Source: Camelus ferus
Lineage: Eukaryota
Direction of reading: 5' to 3'
Length of the DNA stretch: 64,000 nt
Assembly (NCBI RefSeq): GCF_009834535.1
Contig: NC_045697.1
Span: 41,418,001 to 41,482,000, forward strand
Below, piece after piece: positions 13,764-27,824 of this stretch. Numbering within the stretch: position 1 is the first letter of the stretch; each line of letters starts with the position of its first letter. Position numbers and translations under genes: made by a program. Under the pieces are notes generated by a model that was not told where the DNA came from, did not search any database, and worked only from the letters and a program-made list of their open reading frames with translations.

Positions 13764-13851
13764 GGGGTCGGAGGGCATAGCTTAGTGGTAGAGCATGTGC
13801 TTGGCATGCACGAGGTCCTGGGTTCAATCCCCAGCACCTTTGTGAAGGGGA
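13764..13851 (+). mobile_element. tRNA-Ala-derived SINE (camelid Vic-1-like)
   Basis: tagcttagtggtagagcatgtgcttggcatgcacgaggtcctgggttcaatcccc; 18-bp TSD aaaaatYatacaccactg at 13746-13763 and 13852-13869. Confidence 0.9.
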
Positions 13852-15331
13852 AAAAATTATACACCACTGTTAATTTAAAAATCCTTTTTAATATTATTTG
13901 AGATAAAAGCAAACATTTTAAAATGAAAAAAAAAAAAAAAACCAAAGGGTAAATAATTATTTTACTTTCAAACTATACATATTTTTCTAATTTTGATATA
14001 TCCCTTGGAGATATATCCTCTCTTTAAAAAATCACTAAATAAATGCTTTAGTTTTAAAATAGTGATAAACTAAGTAAGTATGAACAAATGACACATTATT
14101 GTTTGCTCAAAGAGAAATAATTTCAAGTATCACCAGTTCCTGTTTCTTTTAGTTTCTGATGTTCTCCTTTTTCACTAACATGTTTTAAGTGTTATGCTCT
14201 TAATGTTGCAATAATAGAGTGCAACTTTAATACCCGTTAAGAGGTCCTTCGCCTTATGTGAGTTAGTGAGACATAAAGAAGTTAAGAAAGATACTTAAGT
14301 TCACATAGAGAGTTACTATAGAACTTAAGTCATGTCTCTATTATTGTCCCTGGTGTCACGGAGAGCCTTCAGATTTGTTTTCATTTTCCATCATTCTGCT
14401 TTAAGAGTATGACCAAGACCCACAGATTTAATGATAGTGTCTCACAGAGATTAAGTAAAGAATACTTATCTTAGCATCACGACATAGATTGGTTCTTTGC
14501 AAAGAAGCTGAAAATATTCCTTGATTCCTTCAGAAAAAAGTTGTACTCAATGGAACAAAAGCTATTGCAGTATTTAAAATACTCAGCTGGTTAATGTTTG
14601 CCTGGTAGTAGTTCTGTTAGAAACATTGCTTTCTTTCTTTTTGATCATAAATATTACTGTTATAGCTAATCATAAATGGTTTTCTCAGCTTATGAAAGTT
14701 GTAGGATTGTCAAAATCAATTTACATAATCAAATTTATGATTCTATAATATATTCTTTTTCTTTTTATTTGTAAAGGTTAGTAAAGTATTTCTTTAAGAA
14801 AAAAAGCAAACTTGATATAAAAGAGGAACCTATAAGAAATAAAATAAGATGGCCAAAAATTTGAGTTGAATTTATTGAAATAAATAACCACAGGTTTATG
14901 TGGTAGGCATTTCAAATTATCTTGTTAAATTGTCTTAACTTTTAAATCAAAGCTATGCTTGAAGGAAAAAAGTTCCATTTATTTTAGTCTCTTGATAAAA
15001 GGTCAAAATATACCTACTTTTTATCAACACATTTGAACTTGATTTCTATTTAAAGAATTTTAAATACATATTGATAATCCTCATTAAAACTGGCAAGTGT
15101 GCTTTGCCTTGAAGTCAGCTTCTGCAAGAACTCATGTTCAAAGATGTAAGTCTAACTCCAAAGGCCTTGAATAGCAGACTACAAAAACTTAGGTTATACT
15201 TTCTGTGTACAGAAATCTTATATGTAGCTTGTCATGGAGCAAAAGTTCCTGAAAGTAATCTTTGTACTTCTCTCCATCTCCCCCAGTTTCACACTCACAT
15301 TACCTGAAAACTGGGTTTGCCTCTTGATGAG

Positions 15332-15952
15332 TGTTGAGCTAAGAGACATAGCCAAGTCAAAGATAGGAAGAAGGAAGGATTTTAGTACTTGCAACAAATA
15401 AGGAGAACAGGGGGATTTTTCCCAAAGCAGTGTCTCTCAAACCGCTACTTGAGGGAAGTTTTAAGCTAAAGATGCATGCATATTTAGGAGAATTCAGCAT
15501 AGAACTGGGGCAAAAGTCATTGTAGGTTGACAGAGCCCATGTCCTGGTTGACTGGAGCCATGAAGGCCAGCAGGGGCCAGCATTATCCATTCTCCGGCTT
15601 CAGCTAGTTAGGTGGTTGTGTGCTCAAGGGGGTTTGAATCCTGTAAAACAGCTCAGGAACGTGCATCAGGCTAATCTTCACCTTTGAAACAGAACTGGGA
15701 GTCTTAACAACTGATTTTTTTGTGTGTCTGATATGGTTAAGAAATTTCCTGGCTTGGTAATAGCTGTATGTTCTTGAACATTCTGTTTTTCTTTTAAAAT
15801 CATTACCTACTGAGACTTGTTCTTCTGCATGGACAAGCATTGTGGCCAGGCTTAGATCACAAAATGGCTTAGCCCTAAAATGGCTTCTCTTATGTCAAGA
15901 AATCTACGTCTGGTTCTTCGTCTCTGGGGACCCCCTATTCTATCTGCCTATA
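15332..15952 (-). mobile_element. Solo ERV LTR (ERV1-like)
   Basis: ~620-bp unit; the minus strand begins TATAGGCAGATAGAATAGGGGGTCCCC and ends CTCAACA (decayed TG...CA); LTR-like composition. Family not resolved. Confidence 0.65.
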
Positions 15953-16214
15953 ATAATAACTGCTAGAAACCTTTCCTGTCCTTCTAAAAAAATCCCCTCC
16001 CCAACCCGTTGTCAGTGTCCACTTCTTCTTCACCCCTCTCCTCTTCTGAGCCAAACTGTGGTCCTTCCTGCTGCTCCAAGTCCCCTCAGAGAATTTGTTC
16101 ATTCATTCAGCAGGCATTTATTGAGCACCTACTGTGTATCTGACATCATCCTTAGTAGTGGGAATGGAGTGGAGAATTATAATCCCCATTTTATCTGTTA
16201 AACATTTTTTCTTT

Positions 16215-16740
16215 TTCCAGATTACAAAAGATCCAACTCAAACTGCCTTATCAGGTAGATAGATAGATAGATAGATAAATAAATAAATAGACTTAATGGT
16301 TTATGAACAGACATGACTCAATTCAGAACTCAAAAGACATCCTCCAAATCCACTCTTCTACTCTGCTTCCTCTAAGAGTGTCTCCATTTTCACGTTCTGC
16401 TATCCATCTTTGCAAAGCTTCAGTCTCACAGCATGGTGATAGGCATTCCAGCATAAGAGATACTTCATTTCCCTGATGCTGCAAAGAAAATTTTGGAATT
16501 GAGCTTATTGGTCCTGATTGGCCTATTTTGTTTCTGGTTCCCACTCTAGAAATCACCAGTGTGGCCAAGGGCTGGAATGTGCTGCCTGGCTCAGCCTATG
16601 GTTGCTCTGTTCCTGGATCCCAGAGGTAGAGTTAGTTTTACTTGAAGCAGTTGGGCTGAGAATGTGAAAGGGATGGTTGCCCTGGAAGGAAATGAGTGTG
16701 AATGCATTCAGGGTGGTCAAAAGACAACAGTCCATGCCAC
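16215..16740. mobile_element. Old MaLR (MLT1-like) LTR fragment with (GATA)n/(AAAT)n
   Basis: gatccaactcaaactg and gattggcc...aatcaccagtgtggccaagggg motifs typical of old MLT1. Confidence 0.5.
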
Positions 16741-18693
16741 TGGTCTAATTGCTTTCCCCCAGAGGACCCGATCTCCCCTCCCCATGTTAATAGACAATAT
16801 CATCTATCTTGTTGCATATAAATTTTTTGCTTCATCCAATCTAATTTCACATACAATGCAGGAATTTCTTCTCCTATACCCCCAAGAAATTCAAACCTTC
16901 ATTTGAGGATCACCAGAGAGAGAGTTCACTGCCTGGGGAGGTAGCCTGACTCTCTAAGCCATAGGATTGGACCTCTGTCATTTTCTACTCCACACTTGGC
17001 TGGATGTGGAGTTACAAAAAAAGCTGTCAATCTTAGAGTAGATAGTTCTATTATTCTTCAATCATAATATAGTTGAAAAACTTGCATGTAGACATATGCA
17101 TGGTATTACTGAAAATTGAACTATTCTAGCTAATATGAACAGATGATAGAAGTCTAAATTGTTTCCATTTGCTCTCATCTTAAAGGATAATTATTCAAGC
17201 AGAACTTTTTATTACAATTAGAGTGGTGATCTATGATAATATTTATAGAGTCTTGCATTCTGATGACATGCAAGTTTGAGAAATTCAAATATTATTTTAT
17301 GTGCTTAAGGAAGAAGCCATTAAATATACAAATAGGCTTGAATGTAAATTATGCAACTCTAGTTCCATCTTCTTCAATTTCATAACTGGTTTGTGTATAG
17401 GCTTTCACACCTGAAAATAAGGCCAAATGTGGAGGAAAAAGGGCCTTTACTAAACAATATTCTAGTATTTTCAGAAAAGTTGCACTGGTAACACAAAAAG
17501 ATAAAATAATGAAACCTCTCAGATAGAAATTGTGTGGCGCATACTCTAAGAGCCGGTCTCTCAAAGAGACAAGCATGGGAAGATACCAAGGGTGATATCT
17601 ACACGGACAGAGACTGGTAACTTTATTTTCTGGCCCTAAGTGTTTTGAAAGGCACTAAATGTCAGACGGCTTGGGAGGAGCTATAAAGGTCTTAACACAC
17701 AAACCACGCCTGCTGTTTATGTACGTTTGCATAACAAAGCTAAAGTAGCAGAATCACTAGTTCCAGACAGAACCAAGATTTCCCTAGGGTTACACAGAAG
17801 TCAAAGGTGGAGTCAGAGGACTAGGTCCATGGATAACCCCATAGGAAACATTGTTTAAACTCGTCTTCACTCTGGAGGAAATTTATGTAAGGGCAGAGAT
17901 GAGGCTTTTATCTGTTCATTCCTAATGCAGCTTCCTAAAGAGTAGCTCACAGCAGCTGATGGTTGGAGAGAAGAAGCCTGTGAGAGATATAGCCCTGCTT
18001 CCCTTACATCAGGCTCCCAAGGATATAAATATATATATATTTGTAGGATGTATATATATAAATATATATATATTTGTAGGATGTCAGTTAAACCATTCAT
18101 CACTTGTACTTTGTTTTTCTGAATAAGAACCAGTTGCATAAAGCAGGTATACAAAGGGTTTTTTTCTCTCATAACAAGGGGTACCACTGTTTAAAAAATG
18201 CCTTCAACTTCAACACCAGTCTAGGCATTTTATCTAGATGACAAAAGCTAATATTTGGAAATTCAGCCAGGAAAAATTTTAATATCTGAAAATTAATAGC
18301 ACAGACATTATTAACTCAGATTTAATATTTTTGGTCACATTAGGTTGTAAAGAAATGTTGTAAAAGCTTAATTTTATTCTTTTTTTTTAAGTTTCTTTTT
18401 GTCATCAACCTAATCATCACCTTCTGTCCTTTGGAAAGTTTTTAAACAAAATTCAAGTGAGACTTCAGGCAGATGCTAAGTAAGAGGAAAATAATAGGCA
18501 TCTTGACTTAGGTGTAAACTTCTGATAGTAGCATTTAGTCACAGTGAACTGTGACTTGGTCAAGACTGTACTCTTGGTCGAGACCTTTTTTCCTTTTACT
18601 CCTCTTAAAAGATTTTACATTTCTTTTTTCTCCCATCAGGATATAACAGATTTAACATTTAAGTTTTGTTCTAGGCATGATGAGACAATAGAT

Positions 18694-19546
18694 TAGTGAT
18701 TCTCAGTGGGAGAAGATAAGCCACACTTCCCCAGGAGAAGTTTTGGAAATTTGGGATGTTTTTTGTCTTTTTTGGGTGTTGCAATGATTGGAGGAGGGTC
18801 CAACTGGCCTTTAACTGGCTGGGAAGGAGGCTAGATCTTTGGCGGTGTGTGGGACAGCCTACACAGTGAAGAACTGTCCTGTCTCTGTGCTGCTTTCGAA
18901 TATCTCACAAGTGACAAGTCTTTATATTTTGTCATGATTTTCATATATACTGAATTTTCTAGGAATGCAATTACTGTATAGGTAGAGGAAAGATTTTATA
19001 CAATCTTTTTATGTTTTCAGAGTTCCTAGGGGTTGGTAAGGAATTCAAAATATGTTACTGAAGGCAGTATTGCTTGTAGAATTTGAATTGCTAAAATGGA
19101 TCATTCTGCCTTAATAGCTGTTGAATCCATGTTGAAAGGACCTTTCTCTCTCATCTATCCAACTCTGAATATATTTATTTATCCCTTATTTTAAAATGAC
19201 AAATACAGAGAAGAAATGCTGACAATATTCATTTGAATATTGTCTTTTCTAAAATCCAAGTTTACTCATTACAAGTGAGGGCAAACACCTGGCTTCTTCT
19301 TTTTCTTTTCTAATGGAGCCATGCCTGAACATTTAAATACTGAAATGTATATTATTTTACTATATGTATACATAAAATATTATTTCTATTTTATTTCACA
19401 GTTGATGCATTGTATTGATTCTTTGAAATTGTATAAATAGGTAGGTTTAATTATTTATAAATTTCACTCCATGGTAGTAAAGGAGGGTGACAAAAAGATT
19501 TATTATTAAATATGTGTATTAAGTTGGATGGGATTGAAAACTACTG
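18694..19546 (+). mobile_element. hAT-Charlie DNA transposon, MER20B-like, full length
   Basis: TIR-like ends tagtgattctca...tgaaaactactg and a perfect 8-bp TSD CAATAGAT (18686-18693, 19547-19554). Confidence 0.85.
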
Positions 19547-19709
19547 CAATAGATCTGCCTATCAAAGTAATAAGCCAAAAAATGCATAATTTTCAAAGAA
19601 AAAAAGATTTTCAATACTTTTTGACACCTTAGTCATTGCAAGAATTAAAAGGAGTCAAAATGTGGAAAGGGGAGAGAGAATTTGTTAAAAAAAAAAAAAA
19701 AAAAGGATG

Positions 19710-20660
19710 TCTTTGAAGAGGACTACAGCTTTTAGGTCCCCACTCTCCTTCCCCAGGTGACTTGGGCAGGATGCTACCCTCCACTTTGGGTCCAGGATAA
19801 GAAGCTTCCATGAGACCACTTAGAATGCTTGAAACACGTTCCCTACAGTTGGAAACATATATCCTTCCTGACATCTGAGAACATGAGAGGAGCTGGAGGG
19901 GGCTGTCGGAAGGACAGAAGTTCTGTGTTTTGGCTGATTTGCGTTTTCAGAGTTTGTGAAGTTAATGGATGCATGCCTAGATATGGGCCCACGAGGGAGA
20001 GAGAGCCAACACAGTGCCTTTTCACATTCCACCTTAGCCTAGGGGATCACTGAGGAGGACACAGGATTCCAGCAGGTGAGGGTCTGTGTGGAGTGGTTCC
20101 GTATCTAAGGGCTAGGGGGAGGGTGGGGGATTGTGAGCCAAAAGCAATGGATTTGTACCTGTCAAAGAAGCTCCATAGAACCCCCAACTGTGCCAAGAAG
20201 AGAATGAGTTAGCCTTTAAGAACTGGCAGGCCCAGAGTGTTAGCTGCCCAGCAAGGCAGGTAATGTCCTAACTCCTGTATTTCATCTCCCTCTTCTTCTA
20301 ATCTGGGGCTTGAGATTGAGGGAGGAAGTGAGTTGGAACAGAGGACAAAAGCCAACCCATACTCCTTCCCTAAGAACAGTGACAGTTAGCTATAGGTCTC
20401 TGCTGGGGAGGAGGAAGAGACCTCTCTCCTTGGAGTGAAGACTCAAGCGTTGATGACCATGGGATTGGACCTTCTAATTCTGAACTGAGACTTCTCATTT
20501 AATTAAAAGGGGCTGTATGGACCAACGGTTATGTAGGAGTGAATCAATAAGCAATGAGAACTAATTGAGATGTGGATTTCACCGAGGTGCAGAGGAAAAA
20601 CTCCACCCCACTGCACAAATTTTAAGGGGATTCTCAGGGCAAAAAATGTTTGTTACCTTC
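19710..20660. mobile_element. Ancient LTR-like sequence (possibly MamGypLTR-like)
   Basis: GC/purine-rich block; gattggaccttctaattctgaactgagact resembles old mammalian Gypsy-type LTRs. By-eye only. Confidence 0.3.
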
Positions 20661-20974
20661 CCCAAAAGCTGTGTAATACATTAGGCAAAATCATGCTCCA
20701 GGTATAGCTCTTCCATTTACCCTTATTCTTCTCCTACTCACCTGCTGCCATTACCTCCTCTCTGATGATGTCCTTGTACTTGTCATTTACACTGCACCTG
20801 GGTGAAATTGTCCCAGCACGTCTGTGCTTTCAGTCTCAGTAACGATAAAAGAAAAGACCCGCCTCATGCTGAAGGATTTTTAGTCTCCTTTTCAGGAAGT
20901 AGAAGAGCTGTTTGAAAATGGACTTATTCCATCAATATATAGGCAAGACTGTAATGATAAAAAATTATATTCTG

Positions 20975-21695
20975 TTGTAAAGAAGCAACACAGTCCTGTG
21001 TGTCCCCTCTATTCTCAGTACTTTACTACAGCACTACTTCACTTCTGACGCCAGACGTGTGGGTTTTCCACACATCAAGCAATTCCGTGACACCAGCTGG
21101 GTGTCCTACAACTTAACACAATTCCGACACCGTCTGTCTGGAGGTAGCATCAGATCTCAGGGTTGAGGGCTCAGTCCTGCAAGGCTGCCCCCCTTCCACC
21201 ATCTTCGCAACACTCATTCTTCAGACATCACTCCCGATATAGGTTGTTACCCCTGCTTCTGACCTACTAAGTATAAACTGAAGGTTCCCACAACCTCTTC
21301 CTGGGGTTCAATTAATTTTCTTAGAGCAGCTCACAGAACTCAGGAAAAAGAGTTTACTTACTAGATTACAGTTCAGTATAAAAGGATATAATTAAGGAAC
21401 AGCCAGATGGAAGAGATGCATAGGACAAGGTAGGGGGGAAGCGGCACGGAACTTGCACATCCTCCCTGGGCACACCGCTCTCCCTGCACCTCCATGTTTT
21501 CACCAACCTGAAAGCTCCCAGAACTCTGTCCTTTTGTTTTTTTAGGAGGTTCCATTACTTAGGTGTAGTTGGTTAAATCAATAGCTATTGGTGACTTAAC
21601 TCAATCTCCAGCCCCTCTCCCCTAGCAGGAGGTAGGGGAGCTTGGGGTGGGGCTGAAAGTTTCAACTCTCCAATCAAGTTTGTTTCCCCAGGCAC
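20975..21695 (-). mobile_element. MER21-like LTR (partial)
   Basis: cacttctgacgccag...gacaccagctgggtgtccta...gagggctcagtcc...ggggtggggctgaaagtttcaac; clearly homologous to 37591-38405. Confidence 0.8.
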
Positions 21696-22059
21696 CTTTC
21701 AACAGGAAGAACTTGTTTGCTTGGTTAAGCCTGGGAAATCTAGGGTTATATTTTCAGAGTGCCTTCTGGTCTCTTCTTATAATACTTTCAGATTTTCTTG
21801 TTTGTTTCACTGTTGTTATATATCTGTTAGCCAGAACCTTAAATGCTTCTATGCAGCCACTGTCTTATTAGATGCTTCAAAGAGAAAACAAAAAGAAATC
21901 ATACGATTCATTATCAAACCAAAAACCGCATACCTACAAACAGAACAATTAAGGTGCATCAATAACAGTGGTGAAGATCTGGACAATTCTTGATGGTTTC
22001 TTCTGCAACTTTGGCTGAGGGAGGAATGAAAGGCAGCTTTAAAAATAATAATTCCCACA

Positions 22060-22455
22060 CTTCTAGTAAAAGACTAGTTGTTTTTTAGCCATGGTAACAA
22101 GAAACCACCAGAACTGCTTTTAAGCCTGTTAATCAATCAATGGCAACTCACCTGAGTGAATATACTTCTACAGCCCAACCAACCAGTTACAGCTCCTCAC
22201 TTCTGGAAGTCAGCCAGACTCACTCCAATGAACATGTTTTGAAGATGAAACTGTTACCAACAGTGTGACCTAAGCAGCCGTGCTTCCGCAGTTAATGTCA
22301 ACCCACTTCTGCCAGTCCCTGAACTCCATGCTTCCTGAACGTCCGTGCAGTATCCGTCATCTGTTCTGCTTGGGGACCTTGTGCGTAGGCAGCATAGCTC
22401 TCCCTAAGCAATAAATTTAGCTTTGAGGTGTTATTTCAGATTCTGCATAGTGGAA
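22060..22455 (+). mobile_element. Probable old ERV LTR fragment
   Basis: Repeated CCAAT-like boxes, then AATAAA (~22410) followed by a GT-rich tract, as in LTR U3/R/U5. Confidence 0.35.
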
Positions 22456-22504
22456 TCATCCTTTCTCTCACTGTCGTATCACCTGAATCTCATCTGCACT
22501 GAGA

Positions 22505-22695
22505 TGCCAAATAGCATAGCGGTTATGAACCTGGACTCTAGGCTGATTCTGCTTCACTGTGGCTGTGTGATCTTGAGCAATTTGCCCCAGTTTTTTTCAT
22601 TTGTAAAATCAGGAGAATTAATAGCATCTACCTGACAGCGTTAAATTAAATATATGAACCACCATAAGTGCTTTTTAGATATTAGCTACTACTAC
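22505..22695 (+). mobile_element. MIR SINE
   Basis: atagcatagcggttatga...ggctgtgtgatcttgagcaa...catttgtaaaat core. Confidence 0.75.
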
Positions 22696-25600
22696 TATTT
22701 CTTGCTTTTATAAATACCTGGCATAAGTTCAAAGTTAAAAGGAAGTGAAGAGTTTCACTATTTCTTTACAATTCAAGGCTTTGCTTGCACTTTCAGCATT
22801 AATATTTTAAAAGTATAACCTTAATACTTTTAAAACTTGGACGAGTTGTGCCTATGTGTGTGCATGCTGCATACGTACATACATACATGTATCTCTGTCA
22901 ATTTGAAACTATTCCCATTGTTTGAGGAATAGCTTGTCTTCAGACTACATTCACAGCAGGAACAAATATCTATTTAATATAGTGCATACTAATGACACTG
23001 TAGTATTATTAATAAACAGTTGGATGTTTGTTACTAAGAACTAGCATACTGAGTTCTGTATTTTAATTTTTGCACTAAGCTTATTACATGTATTACGTCA
23101 TTTTATTCATTCATTATTTCATTTAACAAGAATTTATTATGTGTCTACTTTGTGCCAGGCAGTGTTCTTGGGGCTAGAAATGAAATGATGAGCTGTTGTG
23201 TTGAATGCATTTCATTCATCTGTATTTCTTTTTGAAAATAGAAATGTCATGGAGATAATTTGTATTATTTATTGCTATTTATCTTTATGTGTATTTACGT
23301 TTTTTACTTACACAAGGAAAAATGATTTGAATGTTGTTTTGTTACAAGAATTCTATTGCCGCCAATGAATTGACTTGTTATTCAGTAACATTGGAAATGC
23401 AAAGAAAGCTGGGCACGTTTTTGTGACATCAAGCTTGTGGTCAGGATTTCCAGGGGCAGCAAGTCACAAATACTGTTTCTTGCTCTTTTAATTCAAGTTC
23501 CCCATAAAGACTAGTAAGTAAAAGTCATCTCATATATCTTTTGGCAAATAACTGAACTGAATCTTTGATAATCTTCTTGATTCTTCTTGTGTTCACTTTT
23601 TAATTTGTACTACTTGGTGTTAATATTTGTTAGTTATTAATTTTTGAGTTATGCAGAAAAGTTAATACTCATGTACATTTTTATATCCTTAGTAATAGCT
23701 ATAATATGTATACACATTAACTGACAAAAATAAATAGCATACAACGCCATGTGATAACTGTGGCAGTGTTTTATGTAAACCATATGTGTAATTGACAAAC
23801 ACATACCTTTTTTTCTGAAATAGTTCAGATAAGTTACAAGTTACAGTATACATCGTGGCTCTTTAGGTGGATTTTCTAACATGGTTACAGTGCAGTTATT
23901 ACCTTCACAAATTTACATTGATAATCTACCATTTGTTTAGTAGTTTTATTATTTTTTAATTTTAAACTTTTTTTCTGCATATGTGTGTGTATATATTTAA
24001 AATAACTTTTAAAGAGGCAAATTTCTCACTGTGTTAAGTAACTGCCTTAAACATTAGTTATTCTCAAATAATACACTGGATTTCATGTAAATAATAATCA
24101 GCTAGAGCCAGTTAAAAACACAGATAACTGATATTAGGATAGAGTCTAAAACATAATTTAGAAAAATACAAATTGGAGAATGTCAACATGAATTTTGTAG
24201 CTGCGTTTTTTTTTCTTTTTACTTTTCTTCTGTTGCATGAGGAGAGTGAAAATAATAGCTTGCAAACAAGGTGACCAAGGTGCTCCCTTCGCTTGGTTGA
24301 ATAATGTGCGGAGATTGGACAGAACACTGTGGCAGAGGCAGGCTCAGGGGTTCCAAGACAAGTGCTCAGCGACTCGCCCTAGTCCAAACCTCAACCTCAA
24401 GAACAAATATCAGGAAAGGTTTTTTATAAATAAGATTCTGAGTGAATTGATAAAATTAAATATTGTGTGATTTGGTAAAGGCTTGCACCTAAATCATTGT
24501 TTATTGTGAAAGGCAGGCCTAATTTAGTGTTTCAAGTTTGATACACGTCTGTTTGAGTACATTTTGGTAATAATACCCCAAAGTAGGAAATCATTGGTAA
24601 AATTTAGTAGAATCAGGCTGGTAGAAATGCAATTTAGTTCTTTGTTTAAGCTTGAGGGACAGCCTCCCTGACTAAGGCCATTACTGCTGCCCCCCAAAGT
24701 ACAGCCAAACAAGTGCAACTCGACCAGTGCCCTGCTTGCCTCTCCCCACCCTAGCTCCAGTCATAGAATTTATAATAAAATACACTGCAGCTATATGCAA
24801 ATCCGATTGGGCTATTTCTCCAGAACTTGTCTTCTCCATAGGCCCCTGTTCTAAGCCATTTTCTCCTGTATCCCTGGTTTTTATCCTATTGGCTTCATTC
24901 CTAGATTTTTTCTTTCTGTACCTCTTTTTAATTAAATAGTCTTTTTAGACCGCCCTCTTCTCTCCTCTATTGAAGTCTTGTGTCGAGTGATGTTCCACAT
25001 CCATCCCAGTCTGCTAGCCTTATAGGATCTCCCAGGATGTCCTGGGAGATAGCTCAGTATGTATCTTCCTATACCCTAATAGGATACATGAGCCCAACCT
25101 AGATCTCAGAGCCCCAGACCATTCTGTTATCTTATCTGAAAAGTGGGCTTTCAATAGCCAACACTTAAATCTTCATGTTTCAACCTGTAATACACTAGTT
25201 CTTCTTGTTGGCAGAGAACTTAAATTGCAGAATCAACCTTTTGTGGTAATCTCTACGGCCAATCAACAAATATTTGGTAACCAGCTATAAGTCAGATATA
25301 ATGCTAGGTATAGGGTTTCAAGAGGGCCAGTAAATAAGACCTTTTCCCTCCCTGCCTGGATTCTGAATAAGTTAAGAAAAAAAAAAAATAGCACGGCAGA
25401 TGGAAGCAAAATATCGCCTCTGTTTCTCATAGAGCAAGACTGAAGACAGATTCATGAGAACACCAAGTGGGCTGATCAACTGAATCTTAGAATTAGAAAT
25501 AGCTACCCATATTGGTCCCTGCAGTGCTATACCAGGATAGAACTTTCCTGCACAGGGACTTCGGTCCCAGAGGTGAAGTGAAAAACATCCTCTTGCAGGC

Positions 25601-26757
25601 AAGGAGCTCCCAAGACAGCGAATGGTATAACTGAGCATGCCCAGGTGTTCTTCCCAATTTTCGTTTCTCTTACACAAAGGGTATGTAAAGGGACAGGGAG
25701 ATGCTGAGGGAAATATATCTCCATGTCAACCAGGAGTGGGTTAATGGGATTTCCTTCTGATTGAATGTGCTATGGATACAGTTCACAGACATGGTCTCTC
25801 CCCTCACAGAGCTTATAAGCCAGTGGGGGAAAGTAGATATTAACATATAATTACAAATGATGAAATGGGATGCACGTCTTTTGTACTTTCAGGGGGCAGA
25901 ACTTGAGTGATGAGTTGGATGTTTTAAAAATATTTTTTCTGCTGCCAGTCCTTTTGTCTGTCTCCACCTGGATGAATACTGTGATCCTAGGCTTTCATTT
26001 TTGTGCTTTAGTCTAAATGTCCTATTGCTATTCATAGTCTTTCTTTACATCAGACATAATATAATAAATTATTTAATTTTACTAAGTTAAAACCACTTTC
26101 CAGTCAGTCTGGTTACACCCAGATAATGTTCATGGAGTATTGGGTGTTCCAAAATCTTCAGTTTTATATTCATAGACAGTCTCTTAATTTACCCCTCTCA
26201 GGAGCTAGTCATATTCATTGCATGTGGATTTTTACAAGTTTAAATCTCAGGTTTGTTTCCTTACTTAAAAATTCTTGGGCAGCAATTCATGGAAACCAAA
26301 TAAATTTTTAGAAATTACCACTTTTTATCAGTTCATATTAAAGATATGTGATTAATTTATAAAGGAACAGTGATTAAATAGTTCATAGTATAAAGAAAAG
26401 GGAAGGCATATAGGAAATACTATCAAAGCAATGAGACGAGAGAAATAACACTGCTGAAGTCAAACACAGGATTTTTTTTTTTTTTTTGAAATTTCACTAA
26501 GTGTGATGAAACCTTTTGGAAAGCTTGTGCCATTTCTGGTGCCGAGTTTTACTGCATTAGATTGTAAATGGATAGACTAATAATGGTTGTTAGATTGGTA
26601 ACAATAATTAACAGTGATTGGTAGATTAAAATGGTTGAATAGCAAACAGAAATTTGCCAGTTGTTTCCACAGTGACTAGTCAGCAGCTTGGCAATATTTC
26701 TATTCATTAATTACAGAAATGTTTATTTTATGTTACATTAAAACTTATTTTTATCTA

Positions 26758-27056
26758 CAAAACAGAGCAGACTCACAGACATAGAAAATAAACTTACGGT
26801 TACTGGGGTTGGGGGAAGTGGGTGGGAAGGGATAAATTGGGAGTTCTAGGTTTGCAGATAGTAACTACTATATATAAAATAGGTAAACAACAAGTTCATA
26901 CTGTAAAGCACAGGGAACTATATTCAATATCTTGTAGTAACCTATAATGAAAGAGAATATGAAAAGGAATATATGTATGTATATGTATGACTGAAACATT
27001 AGTACTGTACATGAGAAATTGACACAGCATTCTAAACTGACTATACTTTAGTAAAA
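26758..27056 (+). mobile_element. L1 3'UTR (young, 5'-truncated)
   Basis: L1 3'UTR motifs; ~17-bp TSD aaacttatttttatcta / aaccttatatttatcta. Confidence 0.88.
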
Positions 27057-27123
27057 AACCTTATATTTATCTAAAATTGAGAAAGATAAGTAGTAAAATG
27101 TATGAAGATCAAAATATGAACAA

Positions 27124-27545
27124 TTTATTTTTTTATTGTGATATAGATTTACAATATTATGTAAGTTTTAGGTATATAACATAGTGATTCACAATTTTTT
27201 AAAGTTATACTTCATTTATAGTTATTATAACATACTGGATATATTCCCTGTGCTGTACAAATATGTCCTTGTAGCTCATTTATTTTATATGTGGTAGTTT
27301 GTACCTCTTAATCCTTACTCATGTCTATGCCTCCTCTCCCTGCTTCCCTCTTCCCACTGATAACCAGTAGTTTGTTCTCTATATATATGTGAGTCTGTTT
27401 ATTTTTTGTTATATTCACTAGTTTGTTTTATTTTTTAGAGTCCACACATAAGTGATATACAGTATTTGTCTTTCTCTGTCTGACTTATTTCTCTTAGCAT
27501 AATGTCCTCCAAGTCACTCTATGTTGTTGCAAATGGTGAACGATT
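27124..27545 (-). mobile_element. L1 3' end
   Basis: T-rich start followed by L1 3'UTR motifs (ctgacttattt...tgttgcaaatgg). Confidence 0.85.
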
Positions 27546-27824
27546 TTGTTTTTATGTACTTTTAAAAATTCCAAATAAATTCTACCATGCCAATGCCCAT
27601 GCTATTTCCAAGAACATTACGTGCATAAGAAAACAATTTAGATGTAATTATTTAGAAATCTGTTTTTTTCCTTCTCTTTAGTTTAGGTGGGAGTTGTTAA
27701 AACTTTAGTTGTTTTCTTTTGGGACAGGTGTGCATGATATAATTTTTGCTCTATCAAAACTTTGCAAATGAGTTGTCAGGATTTGTATGAAACATTTATA
27801 AATAAAAAGTCAGCACTTACTGTT

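Noticed and set aside
13764..13838. tRNA-Ala-like sequences (five copies) as tRNA genes
   Set aside because: Broken stems, A-rich tails and TSDs mark them as SINEs.
18023..18084. 33-bp-period duplication containing (AT)n
   Set aside because: Simple slippage duplication; only two units.
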